Numbered from the stretch's first letter, positions 8,947-18,952 are shown. The stretch is 44,545 nt of DNA from Tannerellaceae bacterium (GCA_031267775.1 JAIRYL010000186.1:1-44545), one strand, 5' to 3'. The notes: generated from the letters alone by a model not told the origin. Numbers and translations: made by a program.

Positions 8947-11037
8947 TTATATATCGGGTAAGACGGGGACGGCCGAGAATGTGCAGGTACAGGGCTTTTT
9001 CTTTCCGCGGGCTATGTCGTACATAGCTTCGTGCGTCAGGCGGGCTGCTTCCGTTAATTCGGGGTAGGGAAGCGAGCAGGCGTCCAGAAAGCCGATATTG
9101 AAGTTTTCGCCGTCGCCGCGTCCAAGTATGTTCTGGTCGGCCCACTGAAACCAGTGGAAACCGATTATCTCGGGCCGTGCAAACCCGTTCTCGGCAAAAA
9201 CGCGGTATGCGGCGGCGCGTTCTTTTTGCGAAACGGTGGTTTGCAAGCCGCTGGTAGGCAGGCCTCCTTCCGTGCCGCAGCCAAAATGCCATTCGGTAAT
9301 CAACACCGGCTTTCCGCAGCGCTCGGACAGTTCGCGGGTGGGAGGCGGAAAGGGCGCCGTGTAGGCGTTGAGCGAGAAGACGTCGAAGTAGCGCCCCATT
9401 TTCATCAGGGCTTCCGAGCTGACAAAGGCATAGCGGGTACCCAGGTTCAGGTGATTGGGATCGGCTTTTTTTGTTTCCCGGCATTGCACGCTCACCCATT
9501 CTTCTATCATAGCGTCCGTAAATTCGCGGAAATCTTTTGCCGCTTCTTCCGATGGGTAGCGTTTGAACGTTTCCATCAGTAATTCATCTATCGATCTGAG
9601 CGAAAGTTTCCACGCATTATTAAAGGCTTCTACGCGTTGATATTTTTCTTTCAGCCTGCCGACAAACTCCAGTTTGGCGTAGCTGGGCTGCGAGGTAGCG
9701 AACATTTCGTACGCTATATCGTTATCGCCAAAAGCCCAATGAGGCTCGTTGCCCAGAAAATAACCTATTATCAGCGGATTGTCTTTGTCGGGAATCAACT
9801 GGGCTGCGTATTCTTGCGCAATCTGGCTAAATTCGGGACTGAATACATCGTGAAAATCGCGGTAGAGCATGGTGGCGGTGTTGGGCAGGCCGTGCAGATG
9901 GCGCAGGTAAGGCAGGCCGCTTTTCTCCTGTATATTCCGGTCGCTCCAGTTGGCAACGGTGTTGAAACGCCAGGCTTTTAGCATATTGGGAGTCGTTTCT
10001 TCCCATTTCTCAAGCCATGCGTCGCCATACGCGCGCATCTGGTTGGCTTTAAAGTAGTCGATGCGTTTCGTCCGGCCTCCTTCGTAAATGGAGCCGTAAG
10101 GGCCTTGCGCGTCCGGCGTCCAGGTAAGCAGGTCTTCCATATCGGTATAAACGCCGGACTGGCTGGGCGTTATGCAGCAGATACCTGCGCTGAGGAAGGC
10201 GCAGCCTTCGGGGTCGACAAACCACCAGCGCCGGCCGTCGTGTTGCACGCGGAAAAAGCCTGTGGCTTCAAAGCGCAAGGCTTTCAGTCCGCCGTAGCGA
10301 CTCCATGTTTTGGGAAACGCGGCTTTGGCAACCGCTTTTTCTGCCGCCAGGATTCTTTTTTTCAGCTCGGCCTCGCTATGTACCTTATTGGGCCATTCGC
10401 GCAGCGTCCACTGCCCAAACTCGTCTACGTATGTATGTTCCGGCGCGGCGTATTTTGCGGGTAAGCTGTCGGTCAGATAAACGGAAGCTATTTCTACTTT
10501 TGTTTCATACAGGGGCGAGAGATGCGGAAAAACGTCGATAGCTACGGATTCAATATCTTCCGGATCCAGCCGGTTACCGGTGCAAACCCCTTTCAGTTGA
10601 CGGGGATAACGCGGCAGATAGAGTTCCTGCGCGTCTAAGTAACTTAACGGAAAAATCAGTTTCGTTTTAAGTTTGGGGAGTACGGTGATGTAGCATTTCA
10701 GCCAGGGGCGTCCTGTCTGGGGTTCGCCTTTACGGAAAAAACAGATGTTGAGCATGGCCGTATGTTCGTTGGGATGATAGACCTCGCAGACCAGGTATTT
10801 CATTTTTCCCCAGTCGGTAGACGGGTCTATGGGTAGATGAAGGACGCTGTTTTCTTCGGTAGCCTGAATAAACAGGACTTCTTTACCGAATATTTCCGAC
10901 TGAACCCTTTGGCCTTTGATCGCCGAAATTTCTCCGGCGCGGCGGAGGTCTATCTCCTGCCTGGTCTGCGCATGCGTAACCGGCCAGGTGGCGAGCGCGG
11001 CAATACATGCAAATAAAATAGTCTTCTTCTTCATCAT
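8947..11037 (-). CDS. GH50-like (beta-agarase family, clan GH-A) glycoside hydrolase
   Basis: VDEFGQW...WPNKV, ATGFFRV...RWWFVDPEG, FNTVANWS, GYFLGNEP (acid/base), ITEWHFG (nucleophile), HWFQWADQ...GRGDGENFNIG; signal peptide. Confidence 0.8.
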   Translation of the reverse strand: MMKKKTILFACIAALATWPVTHAQTRQEIDLRRAGEISAIKGQRVQSEIFGKEVLFIQATEENSVLHLPIDPSTDWGKMKYLVCEVYHPNEHTAMLNICFFRKGEPQTGRPWLKCYITVLPKLKTKLIFPLSYLDAQELYLPRYPRQLKGVCTGNRLDPEDIESVAIDVFPHLSPLYETKVEIASVYLTDSLPAKYAAPEHTYVDEFGQWTLREWPNKVHSEAELKKRILAAEKAVAKAAFPKTWSRYGGLKALRFEATGFFRVQHDGRRWWFVDPEGCAFLSAGICCITPSQSGVYTDMEDLLTWTPDAQGPYGSIYEGGRTKRIDYFKANQMRAYGDAWLEKWEETTPNMLKAWRFNTVANWSDRNIQEKSGLPYLRHLHGLPNTATMLYRDFHDVFSPEFSQIAQEYAAQLIPDKDNPLIIGYFLGNEPHWAFGDNDIAYEMFATSQPSYAKLEFVGRLKEKYQRVEAFNNAWKLSLRSIDELLMETFKRYPSEEAAKDFREFTDAMIEEWVSVQCRETKKADPNHLNLGTRYAFVSSEALMKMGRYFDVFSLNAYTAPFPPPTRELSERCGKPVLITEWHFGCGTEGGLPTSGLQTTVSQKERAAAYRVFAENGFARPEIIGFHWFQWADQNILGRGDGENFNIGFLDACSLPYPELTEAARLTHEAMYDIARGKKKPCTCTFSAVPVLPDI

Positions 11038-11125
11038 GCGTTTTTTCTTTAGGATGCGTTTATCGTTTTTTTAAAAATAAATATCGTTTGCCGCCGTCCC
11101 GGATGTTTTCAGCCGAAGCTGTACG

Positions 11126-14100
11126 TTACCGGCATAAGGCGGCTACTTCTTCCGCCGTAAGAACGCGGCTTGTCATGATAAAATCGTCGGCAAGGAAACG
11201 GATATCGTTGCGTCCGCCCGTTCCGCTGCCATTAAAGCCGCCGTGTTCTTCGGTATAATTCCAGGGCGTAGAACCCAGAAAGGTAGCTTTGTTACGCCCT
11301 GCGCCTGTTATTCCGCCTATCCCGCCCGACAAATCAACGTCGGCCTCCGTCGCTTTTGTTCCGTTTACATAACAGATCGCCTTATTACGGTCATAATCAA
11401 ACGTTGTTGCCAGGTGTATCCATTCTCCTAAGTTAACCGGCGCAATCCATAACCGGCGTCCGTCGCCGTTAACGGGCGAAATATCAACGTAAAACCAGTT
11501 GACGCCGTTATTGTCGCCCGTATGGAATGCATAACCCTTGTATGGATCGCCGTCTACATTGCGGTTGCTCAACAAGCCCGGCCGTCCGTCTTGCCGCACC
11601 ATCTTAACGTTAATCCAGCAGGCAACCGAGAAACTTTGGTCGTAATCAATCAGGTCGGCATTGGCGTCTAATGCGATAAAGTTATGCTTGCCAAGGTCGA
11701 TAGCCTGTCCGCGTATACCTGTTTCAAAATGAGGAACCGTGTCGTATACGTTTGGTTTAGCCTCCAGATAAAACATGTTCACGGCAGACGGCCTCGCCCC
11801 GTCGTTCTTCAGCGAACCGTCAAAAGGCAGCCTGTAATCTATCGGTTTGCGCCGAACGGTATCTGCGGCCGCCGTTGTAAACGTTACGGCCAGCGGCTTG
11901 CTTTGCTTCCCCCATACGTCTGTGGCATAGATTTCCAGCTTGTATGCGGTAGCTTTCTCCAGGCCTTTCAGCTCGATCGATTTCGTTTTTGTTACCGGAT
12001 AGAGGCAGATATCAGCCCATTCGGTTTCGTCCTTAACAATCCGGTTCTTCCTGCCAAGCCGGTAGCGATACGTATAGACGATATCGTGAATCGAGTTGGC
12101 GGGTATCTTCGGACGGTCAAACGTTACGGTTACCGACTTTGCCTGAATGTTTGTAGCTTTAATCTTTGCGCCTGCGCCGAAGACGGGCGCCGGCGCTTTG
12201 GGCCGGCGCAGGGCGTCGGTATAAAGCGCCGGCCTGTTTACGTTGAACGACCATACCTGGTCTTCAATCCAGCGGTTATTCGTAAAATCGCGCGTTTTAA
12301 CCGTTACGTTGCCCTTGTCGTCTGCCTCTGCATAAATTCCTTCAGACGTATAGTCAAACTCCGCCTCGCTGCACGTCGCGCCGGCATGAATCCAGGTAAA
12401 GCCGCCATCCTGCCGTATGCTCAAAGGGTGATTGTTCACGTCGTGCGTATCGCCCGAAAAGATAACCACGCGGGGATGGTTGCGCAGCGCCCGGTAAAGG
12501 TCGTGTCCCGAATCCACAACGGCGTGATGCTGGAAAACAAAGACGGGTTTGGCCTCCGACGCCGCTTCGGCTTCGGCAATACGCGCCAGCAGCCATTCCT
12601 TTATATAGGCATACTTGCTTTGGCTTTCGCCGGTGGCGCGCATGGTTGTTTCGTTTAGTTTGCCATCGCCCGGACTTACAGATATAAAATAGTATCCGTT
12701 AATAACATTCGCTTCGTTGGGCTTATTGCCTGTGGCGCGCTCAAAATTCTCCCATTTGTTTTCTTCGTGATTCCCCATCGTGGCCAGTAGCGGTATCTGC
12801 AGGTATTGTTGGCGAATCAGGCGGAAAATCAGTAGCTCGAGCCAGTTGCCGTTGCCGCTGAGGTCTCCCGTCAGCGCCACGCGCTCTGCCTGCAAAGCCG
12901 GATCGTTGAAAAACTCAAACGCTTTTGCCAGCCGCAGGTTGTTGCCGGCATTCAGATTGGCGGAGCCTCCCACATGCACGTCGGTAATAACGCCAAAGTT
13001 TATTTTACCGTCTGAGCGAGGCGTGGTAACCGTAACGGAAGACGCGCCTTTTGTTCCTTTGGCGGAAATGGCCCAAACCGTCAGTTCAGCCGCCGTTTCG
13101 TCGGCGCCCACGGTAAGCGTTCCATCCGCCTCTAGTTTAGTTTGAGCCGAAGTTGCTCCTTCCATACGCCATATCGCCTGCCGGTCGTTTTCCGTAACAG
13201 GCGTTTCTGCCGTAAATCGAAGGCGGTCTCCTTTATTCAGGCGAACGGAAGAAGGATAGACAACGGTTGTTGCGCTAATCAGTAACGCGGCCACTTCTTC
13301 CTGCGCAAAAACGCGGCTGCTCATCACAAAGTCGTCTACAAGAAAAGTGATATCGTTAGTACCTTTTCCACAACCGTTATACCCTCCCCGTTCCTGGCTG
13401 TAATTCCAGGGCGACGAGCCCAGGAAGGTGCTTTTAAACGGACATTCGTCTACAATCCCGCCAATCCCGCCGGAGAGGTCGGCCTCTACGTCTTGAACAA
13501 CCAGGCCGTTTACGTAAACTTTTATGCGATTGCGCAAATAGTCGAAAGTTGCCGCCAGATGCATCCATTGCCCGATTCTTGTCGGCGCTACCGGCAGTCG
13601 TGCAAACGCGCCGTTCACCGGCGAATACTCAAGAACGATCCAGTTCGCGCCCTCATTCATACATGTCCGGAAAGAAAAACCGTTGTAGTATTCCCGGTTT
13701 ACGTTTCTGTTGCTCAGGATAGCCGGTTCGCCGTCGTTGCGCACGCTTTTTACCTGAATCCAGAACGCCGTAGAAAAGCTTTGCCTGTAATCGATCCACT
13801 CGCCGTCGCCGTCCAGCTCCACAAAGTTTAGCGAGCTAAGCGCGATGGCCCGGCCGTGAACGCCTGCCTCAAAGCGAGGCGCCGTATCGTATAAACCGGG
13901 ATTAACCGCCTGCCGGTACATATGCGCCGGAGGGTTGTCGCCATTGGATAAATCGCCCTCGAAACAGAGAACATAATCAATGGGCTTAACGGGCGTTCTT
14001 TCTTTTTCAGCGGTATGGAACGTTCCCGAAATGTATCCGGGGCTTTCTTTCTTCCAGGCGTCGGAGGCATAGATGCGCACTTCGTACGCCGTGTTTTTAT

Positions 14101-15208
14101 CAAGGCCGCGCAGGGTATGCTTTACCGTGTCGGAAAATAAGGATGGACTGGCGTTAAAATTCCTCACCCTTTCGCCCGACGCCTTCTTTATCAGTTCGCC
14201 GCGATAACTGAAAACAATATCGTTCGCCGGATTGGGAAGAGGTATAGCGGCTTTCCCAAAAGCAATGACCGCCGTATTTACGGCGACGTCTGTTACCTTT
14301 ACTTCCGCCTTTGAAGAAAAGACGGGCGCTTTGGCCAGCGGCGTCCGGATAGCGTCTGTATAGGGCAGCGGTTTGTTGATGTTGAACGTCCATTGCTGAA
14401 TCTTCTGCCGGCGGTTAAAATCTTGGGTTGTTATTTGAATGTTGCCTTTCCGGTCGGCTTCTACAAGCAAACCCTGCGCCACAAGTCCGGTAACCGCCGT
14501 ATTAACTTCGGTAAAACCTTTGTCCTGACGGATACCGAGCGGCGAGTTATTAGGCAAATGGATATGCCCCGAAAAGCAGATTACCTGCGGATCGCCGTCA
14601 AAAAGATTCTCCAGTCCGGTATCCCCCGTAAGCGGGTGGTGAACAAATACAAAGACGGGTTTTCCGCCTGAGGCCGCTTTTGCTTGGGCAACCTGCCCGG
14701 CAAGCCAGGGGCGGATATAGTCGTATCTATCTGCGTTATACCCTGTGGCGCGCATGGTAGTTTCGTCCAGCGCGCCGGCTCCGGGACTGACGGTAATAAA
14801 GTAATAGCCGTTAATCGCCTTTACATCGTTCGCCTTGCAACCGGTGGCCTGTTCAAAAACTTCCCAGTTGTTGGCGTCGTGATTACCCATGGAGGCCAAC
14901 AGGGGGATTTGCAGGTGTTTCTCCCGTATGCGGCAGAACACGTCGAGTTCGTCCCGCGTACCATAGTCGGCAAAGTCGCCCACTACAATCACCTGCTCCG
15001 CCCGTAATTTGGGATTGCTGAAATAGTCAAACGCATGTTGAAGGCACAGGTTGTTGCCGGCTCCAAGCACAGGCGTTATTCCCACATGTACGTCGGAAAT
15101 AACGCCAAAACAGATTTTTCCATCCGTTCGCGGTTTAGATGTATTTTGCGTCCATAGTTTGGGAAGAGTAAGCAAAAGGATTGTCAGTATCAAGCCTGTT
15201 CTTTTCAT
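11126..15208 (-). CDS. Secreted multidomain protein: 2x [calcineurin-like metallophosphoesterase + FN3-like + LamG] joined by an Ig-like domain
   Basis: Module 1 SDVH/GDFAD/GNHD/HH/GHIH; module 2 TDVH/GDLSG/GNHE/HH/GDTH; LamG motifs FSTAFWI, WMHLAATFD, KVYVNG occur twice; signal peptide from ATG15208. Confidence 0.8.
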   Translation of the reverse strand: MKRTGLILTILLLTLPKLWTQNTSKPRTDGKICFGVISDVHVGITPVLGAGNNLCLQHAFDYFSNPKLRAEQVIVVGDFADYGTRDELDVFCRIREKHLQIPLLASMGNHDANNWEVFEQATGCKANDVKAINGYYFITVSPGAGALDETTMRATGYNADRYDYIRPWLAGQVAQAKAASGGKPVFVFVHHPLTGDTGLENLFDGDPQVICFSGHIHLPNNSPLGIRQDKGFTEVNTAVTGLVAQGLLVEADRKGNIQITTQDFNRRQKIQQWTFNINKPLPYTDAIRTPLAKAPVFSSKAEVKVTDVAVNTAVIAFGKAAIPLPNPANDIVFSYRGELIKKASGERVRNFNASPSLFSDTVKHTLRGLDKNTAYEVRIYASDAWKKESPGYISGTFHTAEKERTPVKPIDYVLCFEGDLSNGDNPPAHMYRQAVNPGLYDTAPRFEAGVHGRAIALSSLNFVELDGDGEWIDYRQSFSTAFWIQVKSVRNDGEPAILSNRNVNREYYNGFSFRTCMNEGANWIVLEYSPVNGAFARLPVAPTRIGQWMHLAATFDYLRNRIKVYVNGLVVQDVEADLSGGIGGIVDECPFKSTFLGSSPWNYSQERGGYNGCGKGTNDITFLVDDFVMSSRVFAQEEVAALLISATTVVYPSSVRLNKGDRLRFTAETPVTENDRQAIWRMEGATSAQTKLEADGTLTVGADETAAELTVWAISAKGTKGASSVTVTTPRSDGKINFGVITDVHVGGSANLNAGNNLRLAKAFEFFNDPALQAERVALTGDLSGNGNWLELLIFRLIRQQYLQIPLLATMGNHEENKWENFERATGNKPNEANVINGYYFISVSPGDGKLNETTMRATGESQSKYAYIKEWLLARIAEAEAASEAKPVFVFQHHAVVDSGHDLYRALRNHPRVVIFSGDTHDVNNHPLSIRQDGGFTWIHAGATCSEAEFDYTSEGIYAEADDKGNVTVKTRDFTNNRWIEDQVWSFNVNRPALYTDALRRPKAPAPVFGAGAKIKATNIQAKSVTVTFDRPKIPANSIHDIVYTYRYRLGRKNRIVKDETEWADICLYPVTKTKSIELKGLEKATAYKLEIYATDVWGKQSKPLAVTFTTAAADTVRRKPIDYRLPFDGSLKNDGARPSAVNMFYLEAKPNVYDTVPHFETGIRGQAIDLGKHNFIALDANADLIDYDQSFSVACWINVKMVRQDGRPGLLSNRNVDGDPYKGYAFHTGDNNGVNWFYVDISPVNGDGRRLWIAPVNLGEWIHLATTFDYDRNKAICYVNGTKATEADVDLSGGIGGITGAGRNKATFLGSTPWNYTEEHGGFNGSGTGGRNDIRFLADDFIMTSRVLTAEEVAALCR

Positions 15209-15231
15209 TTCCGATTCTTTTTTTGCGCGGA

Positions 15232-18200
15232 TTAGTTTGTAGATGCGTAATAGTTGGCCCACAGGTTATTATAATGCCGTTTCAGCGCTTGCCTGAACAG
15301 TTCGGACGATTTTTCTTCATTCCCCAGCCCTTTATTTCCCAACGCCTGAAGGTAGTATCCCTGCGACATGTATTTGCCGGCTGTGGAAACTTCTTCTACT
15401 CCGATACCCGTCCGGGTCGCTCCGTTTTTAATAATCGATTCTCCCTGTTTAATAAGGTCTTCAAACATTCCGTTTATTTTATCTGTCTGCCCAAGCGCCT
15501 CAAAAGCCTTTGCCTGGTAATATATCAGATCGGCGCGAGTGTTATTCTTTGCTTCTACGCTCTTTTGATACGCGCTCTTTGCTTCCTTTTTCCGGCCGAG
15601 TTTGTCGCAGGCCTGTCCGATAAAATAATAAATCATAGCCGCCCGTCCGTCGTTCAGGGCTTTTCCCACCTCCAGGTTTTCCGGATAAAGCAAGGCTGCG
15701 TTCAGTTCTTCAATAGCGCTCTCATGCCGCTTATCCGTCAGTAATGCCAGGGCTTTCAATACGTGCGAGTCTACATAATATTCATGAATCTCGCGAGCGC
15801 CTTCCCATGTTCTGAAATGATGAGACTTCAGCAAGTCGATGGCTTTGTCGTATTCGCCGTTTAGATTATACAGTTTGACTAACTTCTGGGGAGCTGTGAC
15901 GTCTTGCTTAACTACGGTTATGTTCTTTTCAAAGATGGCCAGGCATTCCCTGAAATCTTTTTCAGACAGGTCGTAGTAGTTTTCAAGTTCGGCATACCAT
16001 TCCGGCCTGTCGGCGTCGGCTGCAAGCGCTTTTTTCATCAGATCGATAGCCCCGTCTACATCGTTTTGCTGAAAGAAAGCGGCAAAAGCCAGGTTACGCC
16101 ATATCATGGGGAAATTCGCCTGTCCTTCGGAGGCCTTCTGCCAGGCTTTAATCGCTTCGGCCGGCCGTCTGTCGTAAAGTAAATTACCCTGTAAATAACA
16201 GGCCATTTCATTGTGAGCGTCTTTTTCTACCGCATACGTTAATACCTGCTGAGACGTTTCCCTGAAGGGGAAACAATAATCGTACGACATTTCGTTAGCG
16301 GCAGAAAGCGCTTCGTCGGCCTTGTCCGGTTGTCCGGTATTGCCGAAAAGCCACGCTAAATAATACCGAACCATGGGATTCCGGGGCGCGGGGATGGATG
16401 ATAAGAGCCGGATAGCGTCGTCAAACAGACCGGCGTTTACGTAATTCAAGGCTATATCTATATAATTATTATCTACATCCTGCATGTTTTTTTGCCATTT
16501 ATCCATCGAATTACCTCCTTGCAGTAATTCTTTTTCATAGATGGCGGCAAAGTTAACGGGGTCTTTCTCCAAGAGTTTGTTTACCAAAGCAAGGGCTTCT
16601 TCTTTTTTTCCATGTTTCCGCAACAATGCGCTGTAGAGCACAATAATAGATCCGTCGAAGTTATTCGTGGCGTATGCCTGTTGGATTTGCTCCAGCGCTT
16701 TTGCGTAGTTTCCGCAACTGCTTTCCATTTGGGCCAACTGGTAGTAGGCGGGCGAAAACCATTCGTAATACCAGGTGGCCTGATAAAAATTGGCGTATGC
16801 TTCTTCGTATTTGCCCTGTCCTTTTTGGGCTAAAGCCAGGTAATAGAACAGTTCGCCTTCTTTGGGCTGGATAAATTGTACTTGCAGTTTATGACAGGCT
16901 TTCTGTAAGAATTGTTCCGCTTCTTCGTAGCGCCACTGGCCAAGTCTGCGTATGCCCATCGCCAGGTTGCACCGGTAATCGCCGGGCGATTTCCGCAGGG
17001 CTTCCAGGTAATACCGGTCTGCATCGCGGCCCGGACGGGAGAATTGCTCAACAAAGCGGCCGGCCAGATATAAATCTTCTACCGAATCTATTTCTTCCGG
17101 GTTTGCGGCAGGCTCGTATTGCTTTTCGGGTAAAGGAGGGTTCTTGTATCGATACGGTTTATAGGATATGAGAACAGTACCTTCTGCATCTTGCAGTTCT
17201 ACATAGAGCCGGTATTCGTCTAATTCTTTTTTGCTTTGATATGTTGCCGTAAAGGGCGTTGCGGGGTCGATCGTTATTTTTTTTGTCAACAGGGTTTCGT
17301 CGTCATATTTGAGCGTAACGGTGGCGTCTTTATAAAGACGCGTGGTATTAACTCCGTAGAAAACCGTTTTGGCGTTACGCATCTGGAGCGTAACGGAGGC
17401 GTCTGTCGAGGCGTTTTTTACGATTTCCAAGTCGCGGACGGGCGACCAGTAATTAACCGCCTCTTTTACGGAATAGGGCGAGAACCAACCGTAGTCGGGC
17501 TGGTTGTTCGAGTAGGAGCCTGTCATTAGTTCAACGTAATCGTGCGCGTTGTCCGAGAGTTTCTTGCGGGCATTAAGACCTTCCTGTCCCGGCCCGAACT
17601 GCCATAATTTGGAGGTTCTATTGTGGTAGACGTCTCCCACGTGTAATGTTCCGGCCTTTTCGGCATAGTCGTATCCTCCGATAAAGCCTTTCTTCCCCTG
17701 CCAAAAGAAAAAGGATACGGGGGTAGGATGGTTTTTCCACCAGGTGAGATCCGTGCCCCGGTAATCCACCCCCCGGTAATCGCCGTCTGCAACAGGCCAA
17801 TGGATAAATTCGCTATTGTTATGAAATACGCCTGTCTCCTGTTGGGGAGGCCAGAAAGTACGGAAGTTTTCGTCGGCCGAGATAGCTACATTCGCCCAAA
17901 AGAGGAAATTCCGCGTAATCCGGTTGCTGTTGTTCAGGTAATAGGTTGCCTCAATGTATGAGCGTCCGGGATGAAGCGTAATTCCGACGACTCCCCTCAA
18001 GCCCAAACTTCGCTCGGTTTCGCCCACCCATACGGTTGCGCTTCCGTCTGCATTTTCTGCCAGCCGGTAATCTGCCGGAAGTAATGTCGTAGGCCTGTGG
18101 TGATGCGGAAAACACCATTCGATACCGCCGGAAATCCAGGCGCCTAACGTTCCGATCAGATCCGGTTTGATTTCCGGATTCCGGTGGAAAAGCAGATGTC

Positions 18201-18525
18201 CGTTTGTTTTATCTACAGCGCTGAAAAGTTTTCCTCCAAAAGACGGGATAATCGTCACTTTCAGGTATTCGTTTTCCAGATAAACCATGTCGTACGTTTC
18301 AACGGTTAATGTATCGCTCAGGCTTGTTTGTGCCGGATAGGGATAATAATGTCCGGCCGCGCCTTGTACGCTGCGTCCCGTATAAAAAACCGGACTCGGA
18401 TTGTTTGGCCCCATCTTATAGGTGGGTATGGACTCTTTGCCTTCATATACGCTGACAGGTTGCACCTGTGCACAAAGGCTAAAAACAAAAGCGCTCGACA
18501 GTAAAACCAATACGTTACGTTTCAT
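15232..18525 (-). CDS. DUF5107 domain + TPR repeat protein, secreted
   Basis: YPYP, YLENEYLKVTIIPSFGGK, IKPDLIG..GAWISGGIEWCFPHHH followed by many TPR-like helices; signal peptide. Confidence 0.85.
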   Translation of the reverse strand: MKRNVLVLLSSAFVFSLCAQVQPVSVYEGKESIPTYKMGPNNPSPVFYTGRSVQGAAGHYYPYPAQTSLSDTLTVETYDMVYLENEYLKVTIIPSFGGKLFSAVDKTNGHLLFHRNPEIKPDLIGTLGAWISGGIEWCFPHHHRPTTLLPADYRLAENADGSATVWVGETERSLGLRGVVGITLHPGRSYIEATYYLNNSNRITRNFLFWANVAISADENFRTFWPPQQETGVFHNNSEFIHWPVADGDYRGVDYRGTDLTWWKNHPTPVSFFFWQGKKGFIGGYDYAEKAGTLHVGDVYHNRTSKLWQFGPGQEGLNARKKLSDNAHDYVELMTGSYSNNQPDYGWFSPYSVKEAVNYWSPVRDLEIVKNASTDASVTLQMRNAKTVFYGVNTTRLYKDATVTLKYDDETLLTKKITIDPATPFTATYQSKKELDEYRLYVELQDAEGTVLISYKPYRYKNPPLPEKQYEPAANPEEIDSVEDLYLAGRFVEQFSRPGRDADRYYLEALRKSPGDYRCNLAMGIRRLGQWRYEEAEQFLQKACHKLQVQFIQPKEGELFYYLALAQKGQGKYEEAYANFYQATWYYEWFSPAYYQLAQMESSCGNYAKALEQIQQAYATNNFDGSIIVLYSALLRKHGKKEEALALVNKLLEKDPVNFAAIYEKELLQGGNSMDKWQKNMQDVDNNYIDIALNYVNAGLFDDAIRLLSSIPAPRNPMVRYYLAWLFGNTGQPDKADEALSAANEMSYDYCFPFRETSQQVLTYAVEKDAHNEMACYLQGNLLYDRRPAEAIKAWQKASEGQANFPMIWRNLAFAAFFQQNDVDGAIDLMKKALAADADRPEWYAELENYYDLSEKDFRECLAIFEKNITVVKQDVTAPQKLVKLYNLNGEYDKAIDLLKSHHFRTWEGAREIHEYYVDSHVLKALALLTDKRHESAIEELNAALLYPENLEVGKALNDGRAAMIYYFIGQACDKLGRKKEAKSAYQKSVEAKNNTRADLIYYQAKAFEALGQTDKINGMFEDLIKQGESIIKNGATRTGIGVEEVSTAGKYMSQGYYLQALGNKGLGNEEKSSELFRQALKRHYNNLWANYYASTN

Positions 18526-18697
18526 AAGTAGTATGTTCTAAAGTTTATTAATCATGTTTTTACGTTTTTACAGGAAATGAAAAAGACTGACAATTGCATG
18601 AATTTCGAGATTCAATTCTTTTTGAAGTGCAATATATTTCATACTTTTATCCTGTTTTAGATTAAGAATTGTATTGAAGCTGTTTTTGATCTTGTTG

Positions 18698-18730
18698 CCG
18701 GAAAGTATTACCAGTACTTTCCGGTTTTTT
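18698..18730 (+). terminator. Intrinsic terminator-like hairpin with no plus-strand gene upstream
   Basis: CCGGAAAGTA-TTACCAG-TACTTTCCGG followed by TTTTTT. Confidence 0.6.
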
Positions 18731-18808
18731 ATTCTTTCGTTCCGTCGTTTTCATATTTTTCCTTTCTTTCCTTTTTACTGTACGTTATATAAACCGTCGC
18801 TGTTATCA

Positions 18809-18842
18809 TTTTGTACTCATCGCGCTGATTTTTTGTTCTCAT
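18809..18842 (-). promoter_or_regulatory. Direct repeat, candidate AraC/HTCS-type binding site upstream of the glycan cluster
   Basis: TTTTGTACTCAT (18809-18820) and TTTTGTTCTCAT (18831-18842), 11/12 identical, 22-nt period. Confidence 0.5.
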
Positions 18843-18894
18843 AAAAGAAAAAAACTTTCGTATGAATTGATTTTGGCGCGTCCCCCCCGCTCAT

Positions 18895-18916
18895 TTAGGA
18901 GGCGTCTGGAAATAAA
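18895..18916 (+). repeat. Left arm of the 22-bp inverted repeat flanking rpmE2
   Basis: TTAGGAGGCGTCTGGAAATAAA; 21/22 identical to the revcomp of 19332-19353. Confidence 0.9.
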
Positions 18917-18952
18917 TTTTAATCTGTTAAAGTAGAATTAATCTTCGATTTC

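Noticed and set aside
11684-12658. 324-aa plus-strand ORF
   Set aside because: Antisense shadow within the GC-richer phosphoesterase gene; no recognisable motifs.
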